Shown here piece after piece: positions 1-10,156 of a stretch of DNA of 40,562 bases; the first letter of the stretch is position 1; every line of letters begins with the position of its first letter. Origin of the DNA: Sphingomonadales bacterium (GTDB lineage Bacteria; Pseudomonadota; Alphaproteobacteria; Sphingomonadales; CAKZYD01); the NCBI GenBank assembly GCA_050114795.1, contig JASFRS010000003.1:1-40562 (forward strand). Direction: 5' to 3'. The position numbers and the translations under genes were made by a program. Below the pieces are notes generated by a model. That model ran no database searches and was not told where the DNA came from. It saw nothing but the letters and a program-made list of their open reading frames with translations.

Positions 1-1068
1 CGAGTTAAAATGCTTGAGCGTATGGAGCCAGTGGCCGCCTTGAGCGAAGATGCGTCCATCGCGCTTCACTTCCCCTCCCCTGACTATCTACCCCCGCCAC
101 TCATTACATTGGATGGCGTTGCAGTCGGATATGATGATAAGCCTGTTTTAAAGCGCCTTAACCTGCGTATTGATATGGAAGATCGCATAGCTCTGCTTGG
201 ACCTAATGGAGCGGGCAAATCGACAATGGCGAAGCTTTTGTCAGGTCGCCTCAAGGCAATGGAAGGTGAATTCCTCAAGCCCCCCAAACTGCGTGTCGGT
301 TATTTCGCCCAACATCAACTTGATGAAATGCGCCCTGCCGAAAGCGCTTATGAGCATATGAGCAGGCTCATGCCCAATGTTATTGAAGCCAAAGTCCGTG
401 CACGTCTTGGGCAATTCGGGTTTTCGGCTGACAAAGCAGATCGCCCGGTTGAAACCTTGTCAGGCGGCGAGAAGGCGCGCCTTTTATTCTGCCTAATCAC
501 TTATGACAAGCCGCACCTGCTTATCCTTGATGAACCAACCAACCACCTTGATCTCGACGCACGCCAAGCTTTGGTTCAAGCGTTAAATGCCTATGAAGGT
601 GCAGTTCTGCTTATTTCCCACGATCGCTTCCTCATCGAAGCATGTGTGGATGATCTTTATATCATTGAAAAACAGAGCATTATCCCCTTCAAAGGTGACT
701 TGAATGACTATGCGAAAAAAATCATTCAAGATCGGCGCGCAGAATCATCTACCAAGGCAAAAACGGAAAATAAGACAGTCAGTGCTAAAGACGCGCGGCG
801 TGCGGCTGCTGAAAAGCGTCAGAAACTTCTACCATTTAAGAGGGCCATTCGAGACCTAGAAGTAAAAATCGGAAAACTGGAAGCCAAACAGGCAAAAATT
901 GAAGAGTCCCTGGCTCAGCCCGAACTTTACGACGGATCAGATCAAAATGTTGCAACGGTGGCCGAGCTTCAAAAAGAGCAAAAGCAAGTCCAGGACCAGA
1001 TATCCGACCTGGAAGCACAATGGTTGCAAGTGCAGGAAGATTTGGAAAAAGAGGAAAATCTGGTATGA
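1..1068 (+). CDS. ABC-F family ATP-binding protein (YheS/Uup-like), 5'-truncated by the window edge
   Basis: Frame is open from base 1 (RVKMLERM). Second ABC domain with Walker A GPNGAGKS, signature LSGGEK, Walker B LLILDEPTNHLD, H-loop ISHDR, then a C-terminal coiled coil. No TM segments. Confidence 0.93.
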   Translation, partial: RVKMLERMEPVAALSEDASIALHFPSPDYLPPPLITLDGVAVGYDDKPVLKRLNLRIDMEDRIALLGPNGAGKSTMAKLLSGRLKAMEGEFLKPPKLRVGYFAQHQLDEMRPAESAYEHMSRLMPNVIEAKVRARLGQFGFSADKADRPVETLSGGEKARLLFCLITYDKPHLLILDEPTNHLDLDARQALVQALNAYEGAVLLISHDRFLIEACVDDLYIIEKQSIIPFKGDLNDYAKKIIQDRRAESSTKAKTENKTVSAKDARRAAAEKRQKLLPFKRAIRDLEVKIGKLEAKQAKIEESLAQPELYDGSDQNVATVAELQKEQKQVQDQISDLEAQWLQVQEDLEKEENLV

Positions 1069-1107
1069 GAGTAATTGCTGGGTCGCGCTAATTAATAGGG
1101 AAACACA

Positions 1108-1965
1108 ATGGCCTTAGTCAAATCCTTATATATCAATATCTATATTATTGCCTTGCTAAGCATCAGCCTCATGGCCGGTCTGCGTTATACCGATAATCTA
1201 AATGTCGGCTGGCTTGGTACACTTTTGACGACTGTACCCACCTTATTGATGCTTCTCTCTTTTGTGTTGCTTCAAAACAGGCCGAGAACAAGCAGAAATT
1301 TGATAATATTACTCGGCCTTGCCGTTATAGGGGCGGGGCTTTCAACATATAAATATTTACAAGGAAGCGGGCCAGAAAAAGGCTTTATTCTCGCTTATAT
1401 CGGTCTTGTCAGTTTATTCATCTATGTCTTTTGGTATTCACGTCTGGAACGAGACGAATCCAATCTCCAATTGAATCGCGAGCTACCTGAATTCACCTTA
1501 GAAGATGAAGATGGAAAAAAGGTCCACTCAAAAGGTTTTATCGGAAAACCAACCATTTTCTTGTTTTTCAGAGGCAACTGGTGCCCCTTATGTATGGCTC
1601 AAATCAAAGAGATTGCCGAACAATATCAGGAGATTACGAGGCTTGGTGCCAGAGTTGCTTTAATCAGTCCACAACCTCATAAACAGACACGCAACCTTGC
1701 AGAAAAATTCGATGTGGATATGGAGTTTTTTGTCGACAAAGACCTAGCCGCAACAAAGACATTGGGCCTGCTCAATCGATTTGGAACGCCCATGGGGCTG
1801 CAGCTCATGGGTTACAACACAGATACTGTTCTACCCACTGTCATTATCACTGATTCCAAAGGTAAAATCATATTCTTGGATGAAACTGATAATTACCGCG
1901 TGCGACCCGAACCTTCGACATTTCTTGAAGTGCTGAAAAAGCCTGAGGTTCAACCTGCGCAATAA
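1108..1965 (+). CDS. Peroxiredoxin-like (AhpC/TSA, PRX_like2-type) thioredoxin-fold protein with about 4 N-terminal TM helices
   Basis: Four hydrophobic stretches in aa 3-111, then LPEFTLEDEDG...FFRGNWCPLC (CxxC), VALISPQ and LPTVIITD...DNYRVRPEP. Confidence 0.82.
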   Translation: MALVKSLYINIYIIALLSISLMAGLRYTDNLNVGWLGTLLTTVPTLLMLLSFVLLQNRPRTSRNLIILLGLAVIGAGLSTYKYLQGSGPEKGFILAYIGLVSLFIYVFWYSRLERDESNLQLNRELPEFTLEDEDGKKVHSKGFIGKPTIFLFFRGNWCPLCMAQIKEIAEQYQEITRLGARVALISPQPHKQTRNLAEKFDVDMEFFVDKDLAATKTLGLLNRFGTPMGLQLMGYNTDTVLPTVIITDSKGKIIFLDETDNYRVRPEPSTFLEVLKKPEVQPAQ

Positions 1966-1966
1966 A

Positions 1967-2413
1967 TCAGGCTTTCTTTTGCCAACCACCTTGGTCGCCC
2001 TGCTGCCAATAGGTGACATCAAGCCCCTGCGCCTGGAAATCTTTCCAATGCGCACGGGCTTGATTGACCGCTGCTTCATCACGACCGTCAAATATATAGA
2101 GGCAGCGTTCAAAAATGCCTAAATCTTCAGGAACATTCGCATCCAGAATAGCCACACATTGCGCGCCATTCACTGCTGCACCTTTATACGTAATCAGGAC
2201 GGGTTGAGCGTCCTGATGGTCCTGTTTATCAGTGCCATGAGGCAGAAAAGAGCCGGGATCATAAGTCCAAAGAAGTTGATCAATCTCTTCAACAGCGTTT
2301 TCACTGCCCACTCTTACCACAACGCGCAGACCGGCTTGCAAAGCCTTTTCCAATAATTTTGGCAAGACTTCACTAACCGGTGCGCGTTCTAAATGGTAAA
2401 AGGCAATCTGCAT
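1967..2413 (-). CDS. holC: DNA polymerase III subunit chi
   Basis: FYHL...LPKLLEKA and LWTYDPGSFLPHG motifs; directly downstream of pepA (conserved pair). Confidence 0.95.
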   Translation of the reverse strand: MQIAFYHLERAPVSEVLPKLLEKALQAGLRVVVRVGSENAVEEIDQLLWTYDPGSFLPHGTDKQDHQDAQPVLITYKGAAVNGAQCVAILDANVPEDLGIFERCLYIFDGRDEAAVNQARAHWKDFQAQGLDVTYWQQGDQGGWQKKA

Positions 2414-3910
2414 TTATTTTTCAAATTCATCGCGAACGAACTGGTCAAGCAGGCGGACGCCATATCCCGTTCCGCCTTTTTCCCATAGCGGCGTATCCGC
2501 TTCCGCCCATACAGTACCAGCAACGTCCAGATGTGCCCATTTGACACCATCGTCAATGAAACGGTGGAGGAATTGCGCGGCAGTAATGGAACCGGCTCCG
2601 CGCGGGCCAACATTTTTCATATCTGCAATCGGCGTATTGATGAGCTTGTCATAAGCTGAGCCAATCGGCAGTCGCCATAATTTATCACCACTTTCAAGGC
2701 CCGCAGCGAGTAAGGACTCTGCCAATTTGTCATCATTGGAAAAACAACCTGCGTGCTCATGACCCAGGGAAATAATCATGGCCCCTGTCAAAGTAGCCAG
2801 ATCAATCACAGTCTTTGGTGAGAACGTTTTCTGCACATAGGTCAGAGCGTCTGCCAGCACCAGACGGCCTTCCGCATCTGTGTTGACGACTTCAATTGTT
2901 TGGCCAGACATGCTTGTCACAACGTCGCCGGGTCGTTGCGCCGTAGAAGATGGCATATTCTCGACAAGACCAACAACGCCAACAGCATTTACGCGAGCTT
3001 TCCGTGCTGCCAAGGCATGCATCACGCCGGAAACAGCACCAGCACCGCCCATGTCCCATTTCATTTGTTCCATTCCGGCAGCAGGCTTAATAGAAATACC
3101 CCCCGTATCGAATGTCACGCCTTTACCAACAAATGCGAGTGGGAAATCATCGCTGGTCCCGATGCCCTGATAGCGCATGATAACCATTTGTGGTTCATGA
3201 GCCGAGCCTTGAGCCACGCCAAGAAGAGCACCCATACCCATTTCGCGCATCTGTTCTTCATGCAAAATCTCAACATCAACGCCTAACTCACTTAGGCCTT
3301 GCAGGCGTTCGGCGAAGCTTTTCGGAAAAAGGACATTTGCAGGTTCCGATACTAAATCGCGTGTGAAAAACACGCCATCCAATACACCGTCATGGCTGTC
3401 ATACAGCGTTTCCGCGCGTCCGGCAGATTTTGTCAGAACAGAGAATTTAGTAAGCGACGGTTTTTTATCCGCTTTTTCTTTCGTGCGATATTTATCAAAA
3501 CGATAGGAACGTAATTTGGCACCAACTGCGGTATGAGCTGCGGCCTCATAGGGTTTGAAGTCCATATCTTCAGCCAGGTCGATAAGCACACTCAGGTTCT
3601 TTTCACCACTTGCGCCAAGGCGGGCGATTACAGAGCCACCTAATTTCTCAAATGCGTGCCGATCAAGCTCTGAGGCTTTACCTACACCTGCAATCAAAAT
3701 CCGATTTAAACGCCCATAATTCGGTGCAACGATATCGAGAAATTGCCCGCTTTCACCATTGAAGCGGTTTGCTTTCAGCGCGCGTGTGATAGCGCCATCC
3801 GTTTCTTTATCTAAATCCTCGCCAAAAGGGCTTAACTTTGCGCCTTTTGTCGCGAGAATGACCAGAGACCCACTTTTCGGTAACGTAGGGGCGGAAAAAT
3901 GAAATTGCAT
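2414..3910 (-). CDS. pepA: Leucyl aminopeptidase (M17)
   Basis: VGKGVTFDTGGISIK, MKWDMGG, NTDAEGRLVLAD, DLATLTGA and WAHLDVAG motifs. Confidence 0.97.
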   Translation of the reverse strand: MQFHFSAPTLPKSGSLVILATKGAKLSPFGEDLDKETDGAITRALKANRFNGESGQFLDIVAPNYGRLNRILIAGVGKASELDRHAFEKLGGSVIARLGASGEKNLSVLIDLAEDMDFKPYEAAAHTAVGAKLRSYRFDKYRTKEKADKKPSLTKFSVLTKSAGRAETLYDSHDGVLDGVFFTRDLVSEPANVLFPKSFAERLQGLSELGVDVEILHEEQMREMGMGALLGVAQGSAHEPQMVIMRYQGIGTSDDFPLAFVGKGVTFDTGGISIKPAAGMEQMKWDMGGAGAVSGVMHALAARKARVNAVGVVGLVENMPSSTAQRPGDVVTSMSGQTIEVVNTDAEGRLVLADALTYVQKTFSPKTVIDLATLTGAMIISLGHEHAGCFSNDDKLAESLLAAGLESGDKLWRLPIGSAYDKLINTPIADMKNVGPRGAGSITAAQFLHRFIDDGVKWAHLDVAGTVWAEADTPLWEKGGTGYGVRLLDQFVRDEFEK

Positions 3911-4051
3911 GAGATAGTCTTTCTAAAAATTTGAATCTGAATCATTGATTTCCTGGCGCATACATTAACGTTCCTAGCGCAATAGAAAAGCCCCAATTCC
4001 ACCTTATTTCATCCTTAAACGCTGAAACCGTCATCCTGAGGATTTGGGTCG

Positions 4052-4080
4052 TTGCCACAACTGTTTGGGACGTGTATCAA
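4052..4080 (+). promoter_or_regulatory. Candidate sigma70-type promoter for the lptD operon
   Basis: TTGCCA-17 bp-TATCAA about 60 nt upstream of the lptD start; motif match only. Confidence 0.4.
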
Positions 4081-4139
4081 ACGCTGAGTAGTTTTATGCA
4101 CAGCCAGAATAAAAAAGGATTCACGGGGCAGAATTCATA

Positions 4140-6320
4140 ATGAAAAAACACATGAACCAAAAATCCCCGGTCCAGCCCCTGATACGACAGTTATTGCTAA
4201 CTGGGGTCGCCTCTTGTTTCTTCACAACATTAAGCGTCGCTCAAGACCTTGATCTGCCCTTGGGCGATGATGAAATTGAGCTGAGCGCGGATACGCTAAC
4301 CTACAATGGTGGCAATGGCATTGCGACGGCACGCGGCAATGTTTTGGTCCATTATGAAGACTATGTCATGCGCGCGGACGAGGTCATTTATGACGAACGT
4401 ACCGGCGTTGTGACCGCGGCAGGCAGCATCAAAATTCGCGACCCCCAAGGCAATGTTTTAAGCGCTGAAGAAATTGAACTTACGGATACGTTAAAAGAAG
4501 GCTTTGTCACCAATGTGAGGTTACTTCTGGACGATGGCTCACGTGTTGCAGCTTTGGATGGAGAAAGAAAAGGCTCAAAAACACGCTTTAACAAAGCTGT
4601 TTATTCCCCTTGCCACGTTTGTACGGAGAGCGAAACACCGTTGTGGCAGATCAAAGCTGTAAAAGTCATTCACGACCAAGAGAAAAAGCGCCTCTATTAT
4701 GATGATGCTTATCTGGAAGTATTAGGGCTGCCAATTTTATACCTACCTTATCTCTCTCATCCAGATCCCAGTGTTGAAAAGGCGAGTGGCTTTCTCGTCC
4801 CCGAATTTCGGCAAAGCCGTGAATTGGGGTTTGTATTTGAAGCGCCCTATTTCTGGAATATCGATCCTCATCAAGACATCACTTTAACGCCCATCATCAC
4901 ATCTGAGGAGGGTCCAGTTCTCGGCGCTGAATATCGTCGCCATTTGGGTATTGGCCAACTCAAAGCGTCAGGCTCTCTAACTTATGTTGATGAACGGGAT
5001 AATTTTAATGTGAAAACCGGACGTGAAGAGCTTCGCGGACATTTTTTCACTGACGGCTTTGTAAATCTCAATGACAGATGGCGGACATCTTATGATGTGC
5101 GTTGGGCAAGTGATGATACTTATTTGCGCCGTTATGACATCTCCAATGACGACACTTTAAGGTCAAGAGCATCTGTTGAAGGCTTTTTTGGACGAAGCTA
5201 TTTTGAAGCACGGACCTTTGCCTTCCAAGGTTTACGGGTTGAAGATATCGCTGGTCTAACGCCATTCACGCTGCCTGAAGTCAATTATTTCTATGAAAGT
5301 AACCCACTTTGGCATTCGGGACGCGTTCAATTTCAAGCCAATGCCCTGGCACTTTATCGAACGAGCGGAGCAGATACGCAAAGAGTGTCTCTAAAGACCG
5401 CGTGGGACATGCCGCATATTTTTGCCAATGGCGTAAAAACCAACGTTAACGCGAGTGTGCGTGGCGACTTTTATCATGTGAATGATGCATTAGAGACAGA
5501 TAATCCAATTTTTGCCGGTCGTGAAGGTACTGAGGGGCGCTTTTTACCTCGATTGACATTGGACGCCAGTTGGCCGCTGATCAATAGCCTGGGGAGTTGG
5601 ACTCAGCTTGTTGAGCCTCTGATCCAAGTGGTTGTTGCTAAAGATGGCGGCAACCCAATTGGCATTCCAAATGAGGACAGCCGCTCTTTCGATTTGGATG
5701 ACTCGAATTTATTCAGTCCGGACAGATATTCGGGACTTGATCGTTGGGAAGGCGGCATCCGTGCCACTTATGGTGCTCGTTGGTCCGTGCAAGGCGGTGG
5801 TGTCGAAACCGACTTTCTTATTGGCCAAAGTATCCGATTTAATGAAAATTCAGTTCGCTTCCCTGAGGGAACCGGATTGGATGGTAATTTCTCGGACATC
5901 GTTGGCCGACTTGGTGTCACCTTTGCAGAGCAATTTGAAGTTGGATACGGTTTCCGGCTCGACAAGGACAGCCTTGACATCCGTCGTAACGAAGTTGATT
6001 TGAGCCTGAGCGGCGAAAGTTATAGAGTTACAGCAGGCTATATTCGCCTGAACCGTGATTTCCAAATCAATGATTTGGAAGATCGCGAGGAGATTCGTTT
6101 AACGGGCCTCTACCGAATCAATGAAAACTGGTCGGTAACAGGCGGGACTATTCAAGATCTGACAACGGGTCGTGATCCGATTTCCCAATCTCTCGGTGTA
6201 ATTTACAGTGATGAATGCTTAGAATTACGAATGAATTATCGTAAGAATTTCACCAATGACCGGGACTTTGACCCAGGTACAACGGTGACATTCCGCATTC
6301 GATTGAAGAATTTGGGATAG
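4140..6320 (+). CDS. lptD: Outer-membrane assembly protein LptD (OstA/Imp)
   Basis: Signal peptide, OstA-like N-domain, YSPCHVC..PLWQIKA, PYLSHPDP...SGFLVP, large beta-barrel ending FRIRLKNLG; upstream of surA-pdxA-rsmA. Start may be 4140 or 4152. Confidence 0.95.
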   Translation: MKKHMNQKSPVQPLIRQLLLTGVASCFFTTLSVAQDLDLPLGDDEIELSADTLTYNGGNGIATARGNVLVHYEDYVMRADEVIYDERTGVVTAAGSIKIRDPQGNVLSAEEIELTDTLKEGFVTNVRLLLDDGSRVAALDGERKGSKTRFNKAVYSPCHVCTESETPLWQIKAVKVIHDQEKKRLYYDDAYLEVLGLPILYLPYLSHPDPSVEKASGFLVPEFRQSRELGFVFEAPYFWNIDPHQDITLTPIITSEEGPVLGAEYRRHLGIGQLKASGSLTYVDERDNFNVKTGREELRGHFFTDGFVNLNDRWRTSYDVRWASDDTYLRRYDISNDDTLRSRASVEGFFGRSYFEARTFAFQGLRVEDIAGLTPFTLPEVNYFYESNPLWHSGRVQFQANALALYRTSGADTQRVSLKTAWDMPHIFANGVKTNVNASVRGDFYHVNDALETDNPIFAGREGTEGRFLPRLTLDASWPLINSLGSWTQLVEPLIQVVVAKDGGNPIGIPNEDSRSFDLDDSNLFSPDRYSGLDRWEGGIRATYGARWSVQGGGVETDFLIGQSIRFNENSVRFPEGTGLDGNFSDIVGRLGVTFAEQFEVGYGFRLDKDSLDIRRNEVDLSLSGESYRVTAGYIRLNRDFQINDLEDREEIRLTGLYRINENWSVTGGTIQDLTTGRDPISQSLGVIYSDECLELRMNYRKNFTNDRDFDPGTTVTFRIRLKNLG

Positions 6321-6369
6321 GTTGAATATGTGGATATCTATCTTGAGTATTGAATTGGAGTGACCTGCC

Positions 6370-7689
6370 ATGATATCGGCTGTTCCCATGGGTATACGGG
6401 CAAAATGGGCCGCACGCTCCCTTAAGCGTGCTACGATATGGGCCGGTGCTTTGGGTGCCGCTTTCTTCTCTATGTCAATGGCCAATGCGCAGGTTGAGCA
6501 TATTGGCCGTGCTGTTGCCATTGTAAACGACGCTGTGATTTCAGAATTCGACGTAGAGCGAAGGATGACTTTGGTGCTAGCCTCTACTGGCGCTCAATTA
6601 TCAGCACAAGAGCGGCAACAACTTCGCGCGCAAGTCATGCGCAGCCTTGTTGATGAACGGCTGCAAGAGCAGGAAGCGCAAGAATATGATATTGATATCC
6701 GGCCGGAAATTGTCGCAGAACAGTTTCAACGGGTGGCGGCAAATTTCAATCAATCAACGGACCAATTTGAAGAATTTCTTGAGCAAAACGGCACATCTCG
6801 CTCTGCATTTGAAGATAAGATTAAGTCTGATATTACCTGGTCGCAACTGGTGCAGAGACGTATTGACCCGTTGGTCACCATTGGGGATGACGAGATTGAG
6901 GAAGTCATTCAAAGGTTAGAAGATTCCAAAGGCCAGTTTGAATATAACCTGTCTGAGATTTATGTCGGCTTTACGCCAACGAATGAAATCACAGTCAAAC
7001 GCACAGCTGAACGTATTGCAGAGCGTATTCGCGAGGGGGCGAGTTTTGAAGCTTTTGCACGCCAATTTTCAGAAGCAGCAACCGCAGCCGTTGGTGGCGA
7101 CCTGGGTTGGGTGATTGAAGATCAGCTTGACCCGACTCTGCGCCCCGTTGCCGCTGATCTACGCGTAAATCAAGTATCTGATCCTATTCGCGGACCGGGC
7201 GGCTATTATGTGGTCTTAATGAAAGATCGCCGCCGTATTTTAAGTGCTGATCCGCTCGACACCCAATATGATTTGCAACAGATTTTCTGGGCTCTTCCAG
7301 AAGGTGAAGATGAGAGCAAGTTGGCTGAATTGACAGAAGTCGCCGCGGCTGCAGTGCCTGATCTTGACAGCTGTGACGCTGTCGCTTCAACTGCCGAAGC
7401 GCATAATGCATCTGACTCAGGGCCAATTGGGCAACTTCGATTACGTGACTTGCCTGCACAGCTTCAGGAAGAATTAAGAACGCTTGAGGATGGTGATGTA
7501 ACCAAGCCTTTGGTTTTTCCTTCAGGCGTTCGTGTTTTCGTGATTTGCGGCCGGTCGGAGCCTGAAATTCAAGCTCCATCTGAAGACGACATCTACGCAC
7601 AGCTCAATCAACAACGTGTTGCCATGATGGCCCGTCGTTATTTGCGTGACCTTCGTCGTGATGCGATCGTAGATTATAAGAATCAATGA
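6370..7689 (+). CDS. surA: Periplasmic chaperone / peptidyl-prolyl isomerase SurA
   Basis: AVAIVNDAVISEFDV N-domain, parvulin motif FEAFARQFSE...GGDLGWV, C-terminal RRYLRDLRRDAIVD; conserved context. Confidence 0.93.
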   Translation: MISAVPMGIRAKWAARSLKRATIWAGALGAAFFSMSMANAQVEHIGRAVAIVNDAVISEFDVERRMTLVLASTGAQLSAQERQQLRAQVMRSLVDERLQEQEAQEYDIDIRPEIVAEQFQRVAANFNQSTDQFEEFLEQNGTSRSAFEDKIKSDITWSQLVQRRIDPLVTIGDDEIEEVIQRLEDSKGQFEYNLSEIYVGFTPTNEITVKRTAERIAERIREGASFEAFARQFSEAATAAVGGDLGWVIEDQLDPTLRPVAADLRVNQVSDPIRGPGGYYVVLMKDRRRILSADPLDTQYDLQQIFWALPEGEDESKLAELTEVAAAAVPDLDSCDAVASTAEAHNASDSGPIGQLRLRDLPAQLQEELRTLEDGDVTKPLVFPSGVRVFVICGRSEPEIQAPSEDDIYAQLNQQRVAMMARRYLRDLRRDAIVDYKNQ

Positions 7690-8681
7690 CCACATTACAG
7701 ACAGCGCTTGCTGTAACTATGGGTGATCCAGCGGGTGTCGGCCCTGAATTGATTTTAAAGTCTTGGAAGGCAAGGGAAGTTGAGAGCCTATCCCCCTTCT
7801 TTGCGATTGCTGACCCACAGCTGTTCCCATCTGAAAGCATTGAGGTCATCTCAGCACCACAAGAAAGCCTTGCCTGTTTTGCAAAAGCTCTCCCAGTCCT
7901 ACCTTTGCCCCTCACCACACCAGCTGTGGCGGGGCAGGCAGATGCGACAAATGCCCATGCGATTATTGAATCAATACGGCAGGCCTATGAGTTGGCGAGC
8001 AAGGGGGATGCCGCTGCAATTATTACGGCTCCAATCAATAAAAACCTTCTTTATCAGGAAGGGTTTGAATACCCGGGCCAGACTGAATTTCTAGCCTCTC
8101 TTGCTCACATTGAATCTAGCCAAGTGGTTATGATGTTGGCCGCACCTGAACTGCGTGTCGTTCCTTTGACGATCCACATCCCCATAAAACAAGTTTCAGA
8201 TGCGATCACTGAGGAACTGATCATCAACCGCGCTAAAGTCATTCTTAAGGCATTAAAGCAAGATTTCGCTTCATCCAATCCGACTTTGGCTGTTTGCGGT
8301 TTAAATCCCCATGCTGGCGAGGCTGGACATATTGGCGATGAGGAAATTCGGGTTATCGCACCAGCCTTGGAAAAATTGCGTGCGCAGGGCCACAATGTCA
8401 CAGGGCCGGCCAGTGCTGATACGCTTTTTCACGAACAGGCGCGCGGCACTTACGATGCGGTACTGGCCATGTACCATGATCAAGCCCTAATTCCTTTAAA
8501 GACATTGGATTTCTTTAACGGTGTAAACACGACTTTGGGTCTGCCTATTGTACGCACGTCGCCTGATCATGGCACGGCGTACAACATTGCAGGGCAGAAT
8601 AAAGCGGACCCACGCAGCATGATTGCTGCTTTGAAACTAGCGCGTTTCCAGGCGCAGAACCGAGCGCAAAGTGACTCGTGA
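7686..8681 (+). CDS. pdxA: 4-hydroxythreonine-4-phosphate dehydrogenase
   Basis: [25 protein letters not shown] and RTSPDHGTA motifs; ATGA overlap with surA. Confidence 0.97.
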   Translation: MTTLQTALAVTMGDPAGVGPELILKSWKAREVESLSPFFAIADPQLFPSESIEVISAPQESLACFAKALPVLPLPLTTPAVAGQADATNAHAIIESIRQAYELASKGDAAAIITAPINKNLLYQEGFEYPGQTEFLASLAHIESSQVVMMLAAPELRVVPLTIHIPIKQVSDAITEELIINRAKVILKALKQDFASSNPTLAVCGLNPHAGEAGHIGDEEIRVIAPALEKLRAQGHNVTGPASADTLFHEQARGTYDAVLAMYHDQALIPLKTLDFFNGVNTTLGLPIVRTSPDHGTAYNIAGQNKADPRSMIAALKLARFQAQNRAQSDS

Positions 8682-9525
8682 CGCCCTCCCTCCCCTGCGT
8701 GAAGTTATTGCTGCTCACGACTTGGGCGCAAAGAAATCAATGGGGCAGAATTTCCTCCTCGATCTAAATCTGACCGGGAAAATTGCGCTTTCTGCTGGCG
8801 ATCTTGAAAACAGTGTCATTTACGAAGTCGGCCCTGGCCCTGGCGGCCTTAGTCGGGCGTTACTTTTTCATGGCGCGAAAAAACTGATCGTCATTGAGAA
8901 GGATGAACGGTGTCTGCCTATTCTGGCAGACATATCTGCGGCCTATCCTGGTCGATTGAGCGTTCAACATGCAGATGCCTTGACGATTGACGAACAATCG
9001 CTTGTAGGGGATCAAAAAGCCAAAGTCGTTGCCAATTTACCCTATAATGTAGGAACGGCACTGCTAGTTAAATGGCTAAGCGCCCCGAATTGGCTACCCT
9101 GGTACGATAATCTGACTCTGATGTTTCAGAAAGAGGTCGCAGAACGCATTGTGGCCACGCCCGGTTCCAAAGCTTACGGGCGTTTAAGTATTTTGTCGCA
9201 GTGGCGGTCAAAGGCCAAGAAACTCTTTGATTTGCCGCCCAGAGCCTTTACACCACCACCTAAAGTCACATCATCCGTTGTGCAAATAACGCCCTTCATG
9301 CCGAGTACAAATATCAAGCCTAAAAGCCTTGAAAATATTACGGCTGCAGCCTTTGGTCAAAGGCGTAAAATGTTGCGCGCAGCTTTAAAACCCCTCGTTC
9401 GGGACAGTGAAGCGTTATTGCTTCAAGCTGGCATTGACCCAAAATCAAGGGCGGAGACCCTAAGTGTTGAAGATTTCATTCGCTTGACTGAGCATTATGA
9501 ACTCAATGCGCAAGCAGATCGTTGA
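8671..9525 (+). CDS. rsmA: 16S rRNA m6,2A1518/1519 dimethyltransferase (KsgA)
   Basis: [34 protein letters not shown] and [10 protein letters not shown] motifs; GTG start. Confidence 0.97.
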   Translation: MTRDALPPLREVIAAHDLGAKKSMGQNFLLDLNLTGKIALSAGDLENSVIYEVGPGPGGLSRALLFHGAKKLIVIEKDERCLPILADISAAYPGRLSVQHADALTIDEQSLVGDQKAKVVANLPYNVGTALLVKWLSAPNWLPWYDNLTLMFQKEVAERIVATPGSKAYGRLSILSQWRSKAKKLFDLPPRAFTPPPKVTSSVVQITPFMPSTNIKPKSLENITAAAFGQRRKMLRAALKPLVRDSEALLLQAGIDPKSRAETLSVEDFIRLTEHYELNAQADR

Positions 9526-10144
9526 TCAGCGCCTTTAACTCAGGCTCACGGCGCTTCCTACGGAAACGCTCAATTTCAAGAATCTTAGAAATTTTAGCAA
9601 AACAAACGTCTTTATCTTCATTGACGATGACATAGTCATATTCATCCCAATGGCTGATTTCTTCACGCGCTTTTGCCATTCTTTTCGCAACAACCTCGTC
9701 GCTGTCCTGCGCCCTTGTTTTCAAACGTTGTTCCAATGTTTCCATTGACGGGGGCAAGAGAAAAATAGACACCAGGACTTCTTTCTCCTGATCCTTGGAA
9801 ACAATCTGCTGTGTGCCCTGATAGTCGATATCAAAAAGGACATCTTTGCCCTGTCTGAATATCGCCTCAACTTCCGACTTCAACGTTCCATAAAGATTGC
9901 CGTGAACAGTCGCATATTCGAGAAAAGCGCCTTCCTCGATCAGCTCTTTAAACCTGTCTTCGCTAACAAAATGATAGTGTTTTCCATCAATTTCACCCGC
10001 CCGCGGTGCGCGCGTTGTGGCAGAAACAGAGACTTGGATGCCGTCATCATCTGCAAGCAGCATATTAGACATAGTTGTCTTTCCCGCACCGGATGGTGAT
10101 GACAAAACAAACATCAAGGGAGTGTGCGGTGTGTTCGCGCTCAT
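9503..10144 (-). CDS. gmk: Guanylate kinase
   Basis: P-loop [41 protein letters not shown]. Confidence 0.97.
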   Translation of the reverse strand: MSANTPHTPLMFVLSSPSGAGKTTMSNMLLADDDGIQVSVSATTRAPRAGEIDGKHYHFVSEDRFKELIEEGAFLEYATVHGNLYGTLKSEVEAIFRQGKDVLFDIDYQGTQQIVSKDQEKEVLVSIFLLPPSMETLEQRLKTRAQDSDEVVAKRMAKAREEISHWDEYDYVIVNEDKDVCFAKISKILEIERFRRKRREPELKALINDLLAH

Positions 10145-10156
10145 AATCGTCTCGGT

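Noticed and set aside
4004-4018. TTAT-N7-TTAA resembling a CtrA site, plus nearby GANTC sites, in the pepA-lptD gap
   Set aside because: One mismatch in an AT-rich spacer is easily chance, and there is no supporting evidence.
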